Below the pieces are notes generated by a model. It had not been told where the DNA came from and searched no databases. It worked only from the letters and a program-made list of their open reading frames with translations. This document shows positions 51,384 through 61,794 of a stretch of DNA of 64,000 nt, piece by piece. Location: the NCBI GenBank assembly GCA_963817895.1, contig CAWFQB010000001.1, forward strand, positions 1,344,001 through 1,408,000, written 5' to 3'. The translations under genes and the position numbers were made by a program. How positions within the stretch are numbered: the first letter of the stretch is position 1; each line of letters starts with the position of its first letter. This DNA comes from an uncultured Chthonomonadaceae bacterium (GTDB taxonomy: Bacteria; Armatimonadota; Chthonomonadetes; Chthonomonadales; Chthonomonadaceae).

Positions 51384-52691
51384 ATGACAAATCACGAATT
51401 TTCAACCGAATTTCCCGGCGGCGAAGACTGGCGCAATGCTGCCATCAATTACGCCATCAAAATGGAAGCCGCCGATGGCGAAGGCATGGACGCGCTGCTG
51501 TACGCTATCCGGCTACAGCGTCCGGGCGGCGCGACCCTGCTGCTGTGGCACGACCGCCTGCGCTTGAAGCAGTTCCTCGAAACCTCCGCGCAGCAGTTCG
51601 AGTCATTGCTTCCCGGCGACGACGGGCATATCGAGCGCGCGGAAACCTGTCCCTATGTGGCGTGGTACGCCGTGACGTGGGAAGAGGAGCGCATTGAAAT
51701 CGCCCTTCCGCCCGGAACCTACATCAGCACGGGTTCGGTCTTGATGGGCCATGACCCGCGCTTATTGCGCCGGTTCGCCGATGCTTTGGAAGCGTTCGCG
51801 CTGCGTCCCGCCGGTCGCAGTCTGCGCTACTCGCAGGGTTGGGAAAGCGCGCCCGATCTGGACGCCGAAATGGGTAAAGTGACGTGGGACGATGTGATTC
51901 TGGCTCCGAAGATTATGAGCGGCGTGCGTGAAGCCGTCGAGGGATTTTTCCAGCATCAGGACGCTTTCGAGGCGTTGGGCTTCCCGTGGCGGCGCGGACT
52001 GCTGCTCGTCGGCCCGCCCGGAACCGGCAAAACCATGATCTGCAAAGCCGCCGCCACCGCAATGGACAAGCTGCCGTTTCTCTATGTGCGCGATTTCAGT
52101 TCCGGCAACCACGCGGACGCCGTAGAAGTTATCTTTGAACGCGCCCGCAAACTGTCGCCGTGCCTGCTTGCCTTCGAGGACATTGATGGACTGGTTACGC
52201 AGGGCAACCGCACCGTGTTTTTGAACGAACTGGACGGCTTCCAGAACAACAACGGCCTGCTCATCATCGCCAGTTCCAACCATCCGGGCAAAATAGACGA
52301 GGCGCTGCTCAAACGCCCGTCGCGCTTTGACCGCGTGTTTCACATCGGAATGCCCGCCCTTGCCGAACGCCGCGCGTATTGCGAACGCCTGCTGTCGCGT
52401 TCCACGCTTGCCGAACGCCTGTCCCCCGATCTGGATATTGGCAACCTGTCGCAGGTGGTTGCCGAATGGACGGACGGCTTCACGCCCGCGTATCTAAAAG
52501 AGGTCTTCATTTCCGCCGCCCTGCGTCGGGCGCAGGCAGGCGCGACCACGCTGGACGAGGATTTCCACAACACGGTCATAGATCAGGTCGAGGAACTGCG
52601 CAAGCACCTGCGCCGCGTCCAAAAGCCCGACGAAATGGGCGAGTTCACCAACCCCGAAAGCGAACGAATGGGCCTACGCGGTAAAGATTAA
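51384..52691 (+). CDS. AAA+ ATPase
   Basis: GPPGTGKT, FEDID, SNHPGKIDEALLKRPSRFDR. Confidence 0.9.
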   Translation: MTNHEFSTEFPGGEDWRNAAINYAIKMEAADGEGMDALLYAIRLQRPGGATLLLWHDRLRLKQFLETSAQQFESLLPGDDGHIERAETCPYVAWYAVTWEEERIEIALPPGTYISTGSVLMGHDPRLLRRFADALEAFALRPAGRSLRYSQGWESAPDLDAEMGKVTWDDVILAPKIMSGVREAVEGFFQHQDAFEALGFPWRRGLLLVGPPGTGKTMICKAAATAMDKLPFLYVRDFSSGNHADAVEVIFERARKLSPCLLAFEDIDGLVTQGNRTVFLNELDGFQNNNGLLIIASSNHPGKIDEALLKRPSRFDRVFHIGMPALAERRAYCERLLSRSTLAERLSPDLDIGNLSQVVAEWTDGFTPAYLKEVFISAALRRAQAGATTLDEDFHNTVIDQVEELRKHLRRVQKPDEMGEFTNPESERMGLRGKD

Positions 52692-52749
52692 CTCGCCTGC
52701 CTGCGGTAAAGTTTTGTTACAGTAATCCATCAGGTCAGAGGAGAAAACG

Positions 52750-53541
52750 TTGAATCTGACGGAATTTATAAGCAGTTTATCCCCGGCTGACAGTCAGGCG
52801 CTTCAAGAGCGTCTTGATGTTTTGTCGCGTCACAATTTAGGCCGTCAGTTTGTCATTAACCTGAAAGCGGAGGCGCGGTTTACCATTGCTATTTGGCAGA
52901 CACTCCATCAAACTTTCCTTAACGCCTCACCCGACCCTGACAGTCTGCGAACAGCATTTATAGACGCCTTTCGTCCGTACATATTAAATGGCGGTTCAAT
53001 TCCCACACCTTGGCCCACTCACTATGGACGCGCCACGCCGGAGAACATTTTTGCTGACCTACTCGTAAAACAGGGCAAGGCGACTTCACGCACAGCGGCA
53101 AAACGCTTCCTCAGGAATCTAATGTCAAAGTCCCTACCAATAGTCCAGCAAAGATTAGCGCACAAAGAAATCGGCCAGTATATGATATGGGCGACGTTCA
53201 ACGAAGACAACCCAAATGGCGACCCTTTTGAAAAATTGCCGGATGATGCGGAAGGCATCCGGGCCGGCCTCGGCTTGGACCCCAATTACACCGGCGACAT
53301 GATTTTACTGACCTACTACTTGCCTGTTGGAGTGGAACCTTTGTATCCAACCGTTGCCGATGGTTACTCTAGTGGCTGGAACTACTATTATCGTCCTTCC
53401 TATACGGATGAGCGGTATGGCAGAACTTTATGCTGGCTTGGACGCGCCGATGTGTCCCCTTGCCCGGAAGTGGTTCATAAGCCTGTGACCGGCGATTGTT
53501 TGCTCGCTCCCATAGCAAAGGCGAAAGAGAAACGAATATGA
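52750..53541 (+). CDS. Hypothetical protein, possible ART/NADase-like fold
   Basis: GAGGAG RBS, TTG start; WATF, LGL, PTVAD, YRP..YGRT, PEVVH. Confidence 0.6.
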   Translation: MNLTEFISSLSPADSQALQERLDVLSRHNLGRQFVINLKAEARFTIAIWQTLHQTFLNASPDPDSLRTAFIDAFRPYILNGGSIPTPWPTHYGRATPENIFADLLVKQGKATSRTAAKRFLRNLMSKSLPIVQQRLAHKEIGQYMIWATFNEDNPNGDPFEKLPDDAEGIRAGLGLDPNYTGDMILLTYYLPVGVEPLYPTVADGYSSGWNYYYRPSYTDERYGRTLCWLGRADVSPCPEVVHKPVTGDCLLAPIAKAKEKRI

Positions 53542-54371
53542 GTCCACTTACAGATGAAAACGGCAAACTGGATTTGGCAGCCGTTGAAAATTTAAGTGAA
53601 TCTGAACTACGCGATTGGATATTTGCGCGTCTGCATAGTCAGGATATGCTTGTTCCCGGCGGTTTTGGTCGAGCCGAACTGCCACATTTTTTGCTGACGC
53701 AAATCTATCCACAACTCAGCCGTCCTGCGCGTCAGGATATGGAAAATATCGTTGAGGACTTTGTACGTAAAATGGCGCGTCACAATGAAAGCGAATGGCA
53801 GGGTGACGCAGCGGATGAATTGCTGTTACTGGCGCAGACGGTTTGCGGCGGCACAACCATCAATCAAGCCGTAATTGGCTACATTGAGGAAATGGCGCAA
53901 TCGTTAAACTTCTTCAATGCCGATAATGACGGGCAGATAGACTTGCATTACCGTCTGCTGCAAAGTCTGGTTGCGCTCGGTTGGCGTGGAAGGCCGGAGT
54001 TTTGGCGTGAACAGGTACGCCGTGCCTCGAAACGATATACAGGTGTTGCTTTTAGTGGCCTTGCGCTGATAAGCCCTAAAGAAGCGGTCGCGCTGCTAAC
54101 GGAGATCGAATGGTCGGACGCGGTTGAGGATCAGATTTTCACCAATCTGCCGGACTTTTTAGAGGAGTACCAGATTTCCTGCGTCCTGCCCCTGTTTCAG
54201 CGTTATCTTCCCGCCATGCGAGAACGGACACGAGCCGCTATTTGCGGCTACATGGCTGAAGAGGGAATTCCGCTGGCATTGACAACTGTGACAAGTACAA
54301 AGTATGAACCACATAGAGACTTTTTTCGCAAGCGTGATTTGCCAATCACGCTAGAGCATGCGGCTACCTGA
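53538..54371 (+). CDS. Hypothetical all-helical protein
   Basis: 277 aa; ATGA and TGATG overlaps with its neighbours. Confidence 0.7.
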   Translation: MSPLTDENGKLDLAAVENLSESELRDWIFARLHSQDMLVPGGFGRAELPHFLLTQIYPQLSRPARQDMENIVEDFVRKMARHNESEWQGDAADELLLLAQTVCGGTTINQAVIGYIEEMAQSLNFFNADNDGQIDLHYRLLQSLVALGWRGRPEFWREQVRRASKRYTGVAFSGLALISPKEAVALLTEIEWSDAVEDQIFTNLPDFLEEYQISCVLPLFQRYLPAMRERTRAAICGYMAEEGIPLALTTVTSTKYEPHRDFFRKRDLPITLEHAAT

Positions 54372-56521
54372 TGCTAACCACGAACTTCCGTCCCAAACGC
54401 AAAACCGTATTTTACACCTTTTACTCGTTCAAGGGAGGCGTGGGCCGTACCATGTCTCTGATTAACGTGGCCTGCATCCTCGCGGCGCGTGGGCGGCGCG
54501 TCCTGATGATTGACTTCGATCTGGAAGCGCCCGGTTTGACGAATCTTGCCCTCCGAGATATTGCCGTCGAAGCCGACAAACAGCGCGACGGCCTTGTAGA
54601 ACTGATTCAAGATTTTGTAGATGCTCCTGAAAATTCTCCCTTAGCCGATGAAACCAATCGCGCACCCTTCTTCGACAAGTATGTTCGCCAACTTCAAATA
54701 CCCGACACGCTCGAACCCTTGGAGGGCGGCAGCCTGCACCTATTGCCCTGTGGACGCATAGACGCCACGTATACGGAACGCCTGTACGCCATTGACTTCA
54801 AGCAACTTTATGCGGAGGGAGTTGGGCAGCCGCTGTTCAAGTATCTGAAAACCTATATTCGTGACGCGGAACGCTATGATTACGTCCTCATAGACTCCCG
54901 CACGGGCTTTTCGGACGAGGGCGGCATTTGCACCCGCGACCTTGCCGACCACATTTTCATTATTACCGGCCTGAACCGCCAGAACATTGACGGCACGGTT
55001 CAGTTCCTGCGCCAACTGGAAGCAAGCGGCTGGCAGGAGGGTCAACTCGTCTTCGTCGCCTCCCCCGTTCCCACCGGCCTTGAAGAACTGCGCGATCAGC
55101 GCATCAAAGCAGCAAAAGCAGCGATTGAACAAACCCGCTTCAAAGCCGATTTCAAACTGCGTATTCCCTACCATCCCCGTCTTGCCCTTGACGAAGAGCC
55201 ATTCGTTTATCGCTGGTCGGATACTGACTTATTCCCCTCATACCAGAGCATCGCGCGTGTTCTAAGAGAAATAGTTGATGACACGCCTTTAGTATTGAGT
55301 CAGGAAATCACTGAGGCAATGAATCAGCAAAAGTATGATGAAGCACTATCCATACTTCATCAGTTAATTGCAGAGGAACATGAGGTCGGATTAAGTGTAC
55401 TAACCTCCGTAACTGCTGCAATGGCAGATTCCCCTCACATTCTGCTGGATAAAGCCATACCTTTCTTTGAGATGTTAATTCAGCAACGCAATGTGGCAGA
55501 GCCACACAGACTTTATGCAAACTATCTTAGAAATATTAACAAGTTGCCGGAAGCGCTTGAACAGCTAAATGTCGCGCGAGAAATGTTCGTCAATCGAAAA
55601 GAGGTATCTCAAACCGCTTATGTTTTAATGGATGTTGGGATTATCAATAGCAGACTCGGCGAACCTAATGTAGCGTTAGAGAACTACAGGAGTGCTGACG
55701 AACTATTTACGAGAACCAATAATGATTTAGGATCAGCAACGGTTCGCCTACTTCAAGGTATAAACTATGCCGAAGGCGGGAATTTACAACAAGGATTGTC
55801 ATTAGCTGCAACTGCCGTGGAAATGCTGCGAGGTGTCGGTAATAAATTGGCGTTATCTAATGGTTTAGTACATTACGGTTTCATACTGTTATTAAAAGGT
55901 GAATATTCTTCTGCGTTCGCAGTGTCTAATGAGGCATTGCTTATCAGCCGCGAAATTAGATTGCCCCCGCATACTGCACAGACTTGTGAGTTGAAAGCTA
56001 AAATTCTTCTTGAACAAAAAGAGTATGATGCGGCTATACCTTTATATGATGAAGCCCTACAAGGATATACTGCTATAAACAATTCCATAGGATTAGCTTC
56101 TATCCGTACTGATAGGGGCTATATTGATGTTCAACAAGGAGACGAAAGAGGGCTGGAACAGATAGAAGACTCGGTTCAGTTTTACCATAATACAGGCGAA
56201 TACGGTAGAAGTTCAGGGGCGCGTACTACGTTTGCCGAGGCTTTATTCAGTATCAGCGTACACAGGTGTAATGAGTACATAACTAATCAATGGGAGTACA
56301 TACAACATCATGCAGTCTGTTACACGCGTTATAGACTATACGTTCTTCGCGCCAAAGTAAAGGCCGTGCTTGGCGATAGGCAAGGCGCAGCCGAAGATGC
56401 TCAGATTGCGGTTGACTTTTACCGTGAGCAGGGCGTTCATACACTTTTGGCGCAGGAAGCGGAAAAACTGGCAAAGTTAAACGTTGCGCAAGATGCTGAC
56501 GTAAAAATAAACGCCTCGTGA
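54371..56521 (+). CDS. ParA/MinD-like KGGVGR-motif ATPase fused to TPRs
   Basis: FYSFKGGVGRT, IDFDLEAPGL, YDYVLIDSRTG; TPR-like helices in the C-terminal half. Confidence 0.88.
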   Translation: MLTTNFRPKRKTVFYTFYSFKGGVGRTMSLINVACILAARGRRVLMIDFDLEAPGLTNLALRDIAVEADKQRDGLVELIQDFVDAPENSPLADETNRAPFFDKYVRQLQIPDTLEPLEGGSLHLLPCGRIDATYTERLYAIDFKQLYAEGVGQPLFKYLKTYIRDAERYDYVLIDSRTGFSDEGGICTRDLADHIFIITGLNRQNIDGTVQFLRQLEASGWQEGQLVFVASPVPTGLEELRDQRIKAAKAAIEQTRFKADFKLRIPYHPRLALDEEPFVYRWSDTDLFPSYQSIARVLREIVDDTPLVLSQEITEAMNQQKYDEALSILHQLIAEEHEVGLSVLTSVTAAMADSPHILLDKAIPFFEMLIQQRNVAEPHRLYANYLRNINKLPEALEQLNVAREMFVNRKEVSQTAYVLMDVGIINSRLGEPNVALENYRSADELFTRTNNDLGSATVRLLQGINYAEGGNLQQGLSLAATAVEMLRGVGNKLALSNGLVHYGFILLLKGEYSSAFAVSNEALLISREIRLPPHTAQTCELKAKILLEQKEYDAAIPLYDEALQGYTAINNSIGLASIRTDRGYIDVQQGDERGLEQIEDSVQFYHNTGEYGRSSGARTTFAEALFSISVHRCNEYITNQWEYIQHHAVCYTRYRLYVLRAKVKAVLGDRQGAAEDAQIAVDFYREQGVHTLLAQEAEKLAKLNVAQDADVKINAS

Positions 56522-56557
56522 AATGTGGTGACGAGCGAAGATTGACGGGAATAGCCA

Positions 56558-57340
56558 ATGCGTTTTGTGAGACAAAATTTGTTAGCGTGTATTCTGCTCT
56601 GCGTTTGCTGTGACGCGGCCCTTGCCGCGCCGCCGAACCTGAAGCCTGCGCGTTCTGCGCCCATCGCGCCTTCCGCTTCCGCCAACATCAGCCTTGCCGC
56701 CCTGTTGCCGCCGGGACGGTTTCGCGCCGATGTGATGCAGCCGGAACCCTCGCCGCGTCTCGCCCAACTGAGCCGCAAGATGCAGGAGGGCATCCGCAAA
56801 AATCCCCAGTGGTTTATGGCGGAAATCCAGAAAGTGAAACCGGGCGAGAATATTCCCTACGATGCGCGATTGAACCTGACGCGGGAAGAGTACAATCTGT
56901 TGAACCATCCGGCTCCGCAGATGCAATTGCGCAGGGTGGGTGGTGGTCTGATTACGATTTGGAGTGTGGGAACCCGGCGCGTGTTGACCGGCGTGGGAAC
57001 GCTGTTCGGATTGAACGGCATTGAGATTGATCTACAGCGGCAAAGCGTGAAAACCCTGCTTGGCGTTTTGAACGCCCCAACGCCAGTGAAAGCCAATACC
57101 AGCCAGTCCGCAGACGCCACATGGAACGGTTTCGCGTGGAAACTGGATACGATGGCGCATAAAGAGACGCCCTCGCAGATGACAGGCACAATCGCTGAAT
57201 TCACGTTGGGCAAACTGGTAAAATCCGGGCGTATCCAACTCACCTACAAAGCGCAACAGATGAACGGCGGTAAGCCTCAAAGCAATTTCGCCTACCTGCT
57301 GCACTACACTGCGCCTCCGCAATTCCCACGCAGACATTAA
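56558..57340 (+). CDS. Hypothetical exported protein
   Basis: 260 aa with signal peptide. Confidence 0.7.
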   Translation: MRFVRQNLLACILLCVCCDAALAAPPNLKPARSAPIAPSASANISLAALLPPGRFRADVMQPEPSPRLAQLSRKMQEGIRKNPQWFMAEIQKVKPGENIPYDARLNLTREEYNLLNHPAPQMQLRRVGGGLITIWSVGTRRVLTGVGTLFGLNGIEIDLQRQSVKTLLGVLNAPTPVKANTSQSADATWNGFAWKLDTMAHKETPSQMTGTIAEFTLGKLVKSGRIQLTYKAQQMNGGKPQSNFAYLLHYTAPPQFPRRH

Positions 57341-57413
57341 CCCATTTTCATTGCGCATCCGGTTGTTCGCGGCATGGAACTTTGCCCGCTTCTGCCGCAT
57401 ACAAATATTGTAG

Positions 57414-57438
57414 GTAGGGCGGGGGCTTGTCCCCCGCC
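57414..57438 (+). repeat. GTAG-type REP palindrome
   Basis: GTAG-GGCGGGGG-cttgt-CCCCCGCC. Confidence 0.55.
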
Positions 57439-57476
57439 GATAATGTGATGGCGCACAGAAGCGGGAGTAAAAAAGG

Positions 57477-58433
57477 ATGAAGGTTTTTGTGGCGGGGGCG
57501 ACGGGCGTGTTGGGGCGGGCGCTGCTGCCGTCTCTTGTGGCGTTGGGGCATGAGGTGTATGGCATGGGGCGGACGCCCGAAAAAGTTCTGGCCGTCGCGC
57601 AAATGGGCGCAACGCCCGTTCGCGCCGATGTTCTGGATGCCGCCCGCATTGCCCGCGCGGTTGGCGACGTTCAGCCCGATGCCATTGTCAATCTTGCCAC
57701 GTCCATACCGCTGAAACTGCGCGTCAATCTCGACCACTGGAAAGAGAATGACCGGGTGCGTCTGGAGGGTTCGCGCAATCTGCTTGCGGCTGCCAGAAAC
57801 GCCAACCTGCGCCTGTTCGCGCAGGCAAGCGCGGATCAGGTGTGCGAAACGCAGGGCGACGGCTGGATAACCGAAACTTCGCCGCGCAGTTCCCACGCTT
57901 TTCTCCACGCCACGCAGGAGATGGAAGACCGGGTACGCGCGTCCGGCCTGCCCGCCACCCTGCTGCGCTTTTCCGTCCTGATGGCCGCTGATTCATGGCA
58001 CACGCAGCAAAGCGTCACGGCCCTGAAACGCGGCTTATTGCCTGTCATTGGCGACGGCAGCGCGTTTGTCAGCATGGTTCATGTCGCGGACGCGGTTCAG
58101 GCCATTCTCCTCGCCCTGCAACAGCCGGAACTCGCAGCCGGACAAACCTTCAACGTCGCGGACAACGAACCCGCCCGGATGCGCGACATTCTCCCCTACG
58201 CCGCCCAACTCCTCCACGCGCAGCCGCCCCGAACCGTGCCGCCCCTGATGGCGAAAATGGTAGTCGGCGCGCTGACTATTGACGTGCTGACCCAATCCCA
58301 CCGCATGAGCAATGAGAAAATCCGCCAGACCCTCGGCTTCGCCCCGCAATACCCCACCTACCGCGAATCATGGTCACAAATCGTCCGCGAAATCGGCGCA
58401 AGCGACTTTGCCGCCTCCGATGATTTGAAATAA
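57477..58433 (+). CDS. NAD-dependent epimerase/dehydratase family protein
   Basis: VFVAGATGVLG, HVADA, FNVAD. Confidence 0.9.
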   Translation: MKVFVAGATGVLGRALLPSLVALGHEVYGMGRTPEKVLAVAQMGATPVRADVLDAARIARAVGDVQPDAIVNLATSIPLKLRVNLDHWKENDRVRLEGSRNLLAAARNANLRLFAQASADQVCETQGDGWITETSPRSSHAFLHATQEMEDRVRASGLPATLLRFSVLMAADSWHTQQSVTALKRGLLPVIGDGSAFVSMVHVADAVQAILLALQQPELAAGQTFNVADNEPARMRDILPYAAQLLHAQPPRTVPPLMAKMVVGALTIDVLTQSHRMSNEKIRQTLGFAPQYPTYRESWSQIVREIGASDFAASDDLK

Positions 58434-58565
58434 TAGCGAAGCGCGCTTCCTGTTCTGCGCGCGGCGCGAAAAAATGAAAACCTTTCCATTTAGAAGTGTT
58501 GGTCCTGTATAGCGAAGGTTTTGGAGGCATAAAGGAGAACGCTGTGTTGACGGCGTACTATGCCT

Positions 58566-58656
58566 TGTCGTGTGAGGATGGAAACACCTCTTTGCAGAAG
58601 AAATACACACCTGCGGAAAGTTGCACCCGGCAGAAATGTCGGGTGAGGATGGAAAC
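58566..58656 (+). CRISPR. Degenerate CRISPR-like mini-array, left part (half repeat, 34-nt spacer, full repeat)
   Basis: Full repeat 58620-58656 GTTGCACCCGGCAGAAATGTCGGGTGAGGATGGAAAC; 58566-58585 matches its last 20 nt at 19/20. Confidence 0.65.
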
Positions 58657-58876
58657 CTGTGCGGCGCGGTCGTATCTGTCCGATGGGCGGCGCAAACCTT
58701 ATCCGGTCTGGCGATGCAGGGCTGATCAGCAGCAGCACGACAAAGACGGGCTTTTGCCATACTGTCAAATTGGTGCAGTCGCCTGGCAGCGGTGTCTGGA
58801 AGTGCGCGGCAGGCAACGAGCGTGATGCCGGCGCGACTTCGGATCGAGACCTCTCTTCAATGGTCGTCATTCGACC

Positions 58877-60009
58877 TTACAAAGATTGAACACCTGAACA
58901 GCTGAACCAAGCCCCTCCTTGCAGAGTTTCGCAGGAAGGGGCTTTTTGTTGTTTGCGATAAGTTGGGTGGCACTTGAGTAAATGACAATTATAACATTGT
59001 ATCAGTAAGTGCTGTTCTACAGTCATACCAAGATGGCGGCAAATAGGGCTCAGCTCCTTATCGGTCAAAGGCCATCTGGCTTTGGCCTCAACCCTATTCG
59101 AGGAGACATAAAAGTATACATACAGTACCGCAGCCAGGCGCATAACATAATTTTCGTCGTAGTCTTTACAAATATCATTGTAAAGAGCTGGGCGCCTAAC
59201 GAAAAACTGCTTTACTTGCTCCACATCCAAATGTTCAGGATCAGCGCCCAACTCCTTTAACAACCACACGCTAGTCTTCGTATCCTGAATGGGTTCTTTA
59301 TGAACTCCCTCAGAATATAGGATATTAAGCTGTTCAATTGTGTGGCTTACGTTTCTGTGCATTCGATTTACAATGTCTGCTGACCTCTGAAACACATCTT
59401 CAGTAGCTTCAAGCAGTGCCATACTTCTTGCCAACGCTCGCCGAATAGGGGATCTCCTACGGCGGATGGTTTATAAACCGTATCGTGTGACATCTCACTG
59501 TACGCATGCTGCATTAAGGTTCGAACTTGGATTTCGCATGGGGTACCGGCTGGAATTGATACTTCCTCATACACATGAGGGGCCTGCAGCCTCACAATGT
59601 AATGATCTGATTGATAATCAAAGACTGTGGGATAACGTTCCCTGTCCTCAGCGAATTCTCGTGATTGTTCCCACGACCAAATCGAGGAATTTTTTATGGC
59701 GTTACCTACTATCTTTGTATCTTCGAGCAGTAAAACAACAAAGCGAACACCCACTTTGTCAAGAACGTCCTTGTACGGATCGGCAAAGTTCATGCCTCGA
59801 AAAAAGGCCTTCGCAACAAAGGAATTTGGATCCTTGACGCGGGGCGATGGAGGTATCCGCAAGAAAGCATTGATAGGTTGAAGTGAAGGTAGTTCACCAC
59901 GGAGTTGATCGGATACCTCTTTGACAACCAAGTGGCCCAGGGCATTAAAGATACCCCATTCTGCTGCAAAACGTTCCTTAGCTTCTTCCGGCGTCATGAC
60001 TTGATCCAT
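58877..60009 (-). CDS. RelA/SpoT-type small alarmone synthetase-like protein; frameshift near 59450
   Basis: RVKDPNS, DKVGVR, YQSDH, EIQVRT..QHAYSEMSHD..YK; continues as RRALARSMALLE in the 58877-59434 frame; no hydrolase domain. Confidence 0.85.
58909..58947. terminator. Hairpin at the 3' end of the island operon
   Basis: AAGCCCCTCCTTGC...GCAGGAAGGGGCTTTTT. Confidence 0.55.
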
Positions 60010-61108
60010 TCACGGGCCTAGTGGTATCGCCCTTCTCAGTCAGGAAACCCCGGATTTTGATGAGTGTGTAGCCCTCATCGTTGGAGATGACTTCTAATAG
60101 GTCCTCAAAGCCTGTTGACGGGGCTGTAATTACTACCTTTGAATTGAAGTTAAGGAAGCGTTTGCTCAGTTTCCCAGCCACGACGTTTCTATCAATTACT
60201 ATGTCGATGTCTGGGAATTCCTTCTCCCCCATTTCATTGACGTATTGGCCCCGAAAGTTTTCGGGAAGATAGGCAGCAAAATCTGCCACATTGATTCTAC
60301 TACGAACAGGGTCCTGTAAATAGGAATACAAGAGTGTACTAATTTCTACTTTTTCTCTGTCCGAGATGGACAAGTTGAGTATGTGAGATTGGGTAAGATT
60401 ATAAAAATCTCCTGTCAATTTTCTCGAAATTTTTGCTACCGTGCATCCCATAAAGGATTTATAGAAATATTGGGCCATCCCATCTGTGGAAGTACGGGTT
60501 ATATGATGGTCATATATAATCGCTCTGAAATCGTCGGTGAAACGAAGCTCGCCCTCTGGCCCATCAGGTCTTGTTTCTTCTACAAATATTCCTATTTTGT
60601 AGAGCTTTTGAGTCGGTGTGAGAAACATTTGCTTTATATGCTGCATTTGCTCTACCAGAGCTGAACCATCACTTAGTTGCGCAGATGTCGAAAAGCCTTC
60701 ATGCAGCTCGCTCTTCATCACACAAATAAAACGCTTGTCTTCATCACCAGTTGTACCGGATAGTACCAGAACATATCCATCAGGAATTTTGCCTGATGTT
60801 TGCACACTCTCCAATCTTTGGACAAGTTCACGATTGAGCCTGATAAACTCGATGTCATTACAGGCAATCATCTTTGCGCACATCTGGAAAGTAGATCCTT
60901 CGCCATCATTCTCGATATCCATTTCAACGCAATGGGAATTTGATCGAAGGTATTCCGTAAGCCGCTGTGTGACGGTTCGCAGCAGCTCTCTATTTAGCAT
61001 AGAGGGTGCATCTGCGCATAGTCTATAGTATCCCTGACCACCATCTTGACGTTTTGCTAAGAGACTTTCTGTGATGCGGTGGATTTGTAGATTGCTGAAA
61101 AGACTCAT
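59978..61108 (-). CDS. NA37/NdpA(YejK)-like nucleoid-associated protein
   Basis: 376 aa; FICVMKSELHEG, FLTPTQKLYKIG, YD, AQYFYKSFMGC, KLTGDFY pattern. Confidence 0.65.
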   Translation of the reverse strand: MSLFSNLQIHRITESLLAKRQDGGQGYYRLCADAPSMLNRELLRTVTQRLTEYLRSNSHCVEMDIENDGEGSTFQMCAKMIACNDIEFIRLNRELVQRLESVQTSGKIPDGYVLVLSGTTGDEDKRFICVMKSELHEGFSTSAQLSDGSALVEQMQHIKQMFLTPTQKLYKIGIFVEETRPDGPEGELRFTDDFRAIIYDHHITRTSTDGMAQYFYKSFMGCTVAKISRKLTGDFYNLTQSHILNLSISDREKVEISTLLYSYLQDPVRSRINVADFAAYLPENFRGQYVNEMGEKEFPDIDIVIDRNVVAGKLSKRFLNFNSKVVITAPSTGFEDLLEVISNDEGYTLIKIRGFLTEKGDTTRPVNGSSHDAGRS

Positions 61109-61135
61109 GGTGTCATCCTATTGGCAGCTTGATTG

Positions 61136-61726
61136 CTAGTTGTTGTCCGTAGCTTCTATTGCGTTTTGATCAGTTTTGTCCGGCTTCAAAGGTGAGTAGC
61201 CAGAAGCTTTAGCAATAGTGCTTGAAAATAAACGATTAGATACTACTGGTGATTCTTTGGCTAAGGCGTCCATTTGCTTTTGAATGCCGTCAAGGTAAGC
61301 TTTAGGTTTGCCGCGACTGACAGGAAGCAAAGCCGCTGTTTTTTCCAAATCCCTTCGTATCGCTGCGTAATGCGCTGCAGACGCTCGATGCTTTTCGGCG
61401 CGTTCTGATAGCTTAAGAAAAGTTTGGAGACTTGAGAGAAAGGCTGAGGTAAGAGTGAGAAAGGCCATAACATAAATTCCTCTATCACCCCAACTTTTAA
61501 TGATATTAGTCACAGCGCCAACGCCGGCGAAACTAGAAAAGATAATTGCGATTATTCCTAGCCCCTTGTGCCATTTGTCATTTGATTCGGCAGCAGCATA
61601 GTGTGTAAGTTGTTGATCCCGTACGCGCCTGTGCCAATTTGTTATTACATGATCAACTGCTGCCCATTCACTCTCAAGGGAAGTATCTGAAGGTTTCGCT
61701 AAATCTTCGGACAACGTTTTACTCAT
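61136..61726 (-). CDS. SLATT-family 2TM effector
   Basis: HYAAA...LGI, two TM helices, LQTFL..SERAEKH..SA..Y..IRRDLE; GAGGT RBS. Confidence 0.8.
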   Translation of the reverse strand: MSKTLSEDLAKPSDTSLESEWAAVDHVITNWHRRVRDQQLTHYAAAESNDKWHKGLGIIAIIFSSFAGVGAVTNIIKSWGDRGIYVMAFLTLTSAFLSSLQTFLKLSERAEKHRASAAHYAAIRRDLEKTAALLPVSRGKPKAYLDGIQKQMDALAKESPVVSNRLFSSTIAKASGYSPLKPDKTDQNAIEATDNN

Positions 61727-61794
61727 CTTGCTTTTACCTCATCAACCTATTCCAAGTCGTTTCCACATTCGCCAACACAGCAGCCAAGACTTTC

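Noticed and set aside
58657..58870. Further CRISPR repeats or a reciprocal att site after the left repeat; ORFs 58490-58870 and 58496-58825
   Set aside because: No repeat or tRNA match found; the ORFs cross the repeats and lack motifs
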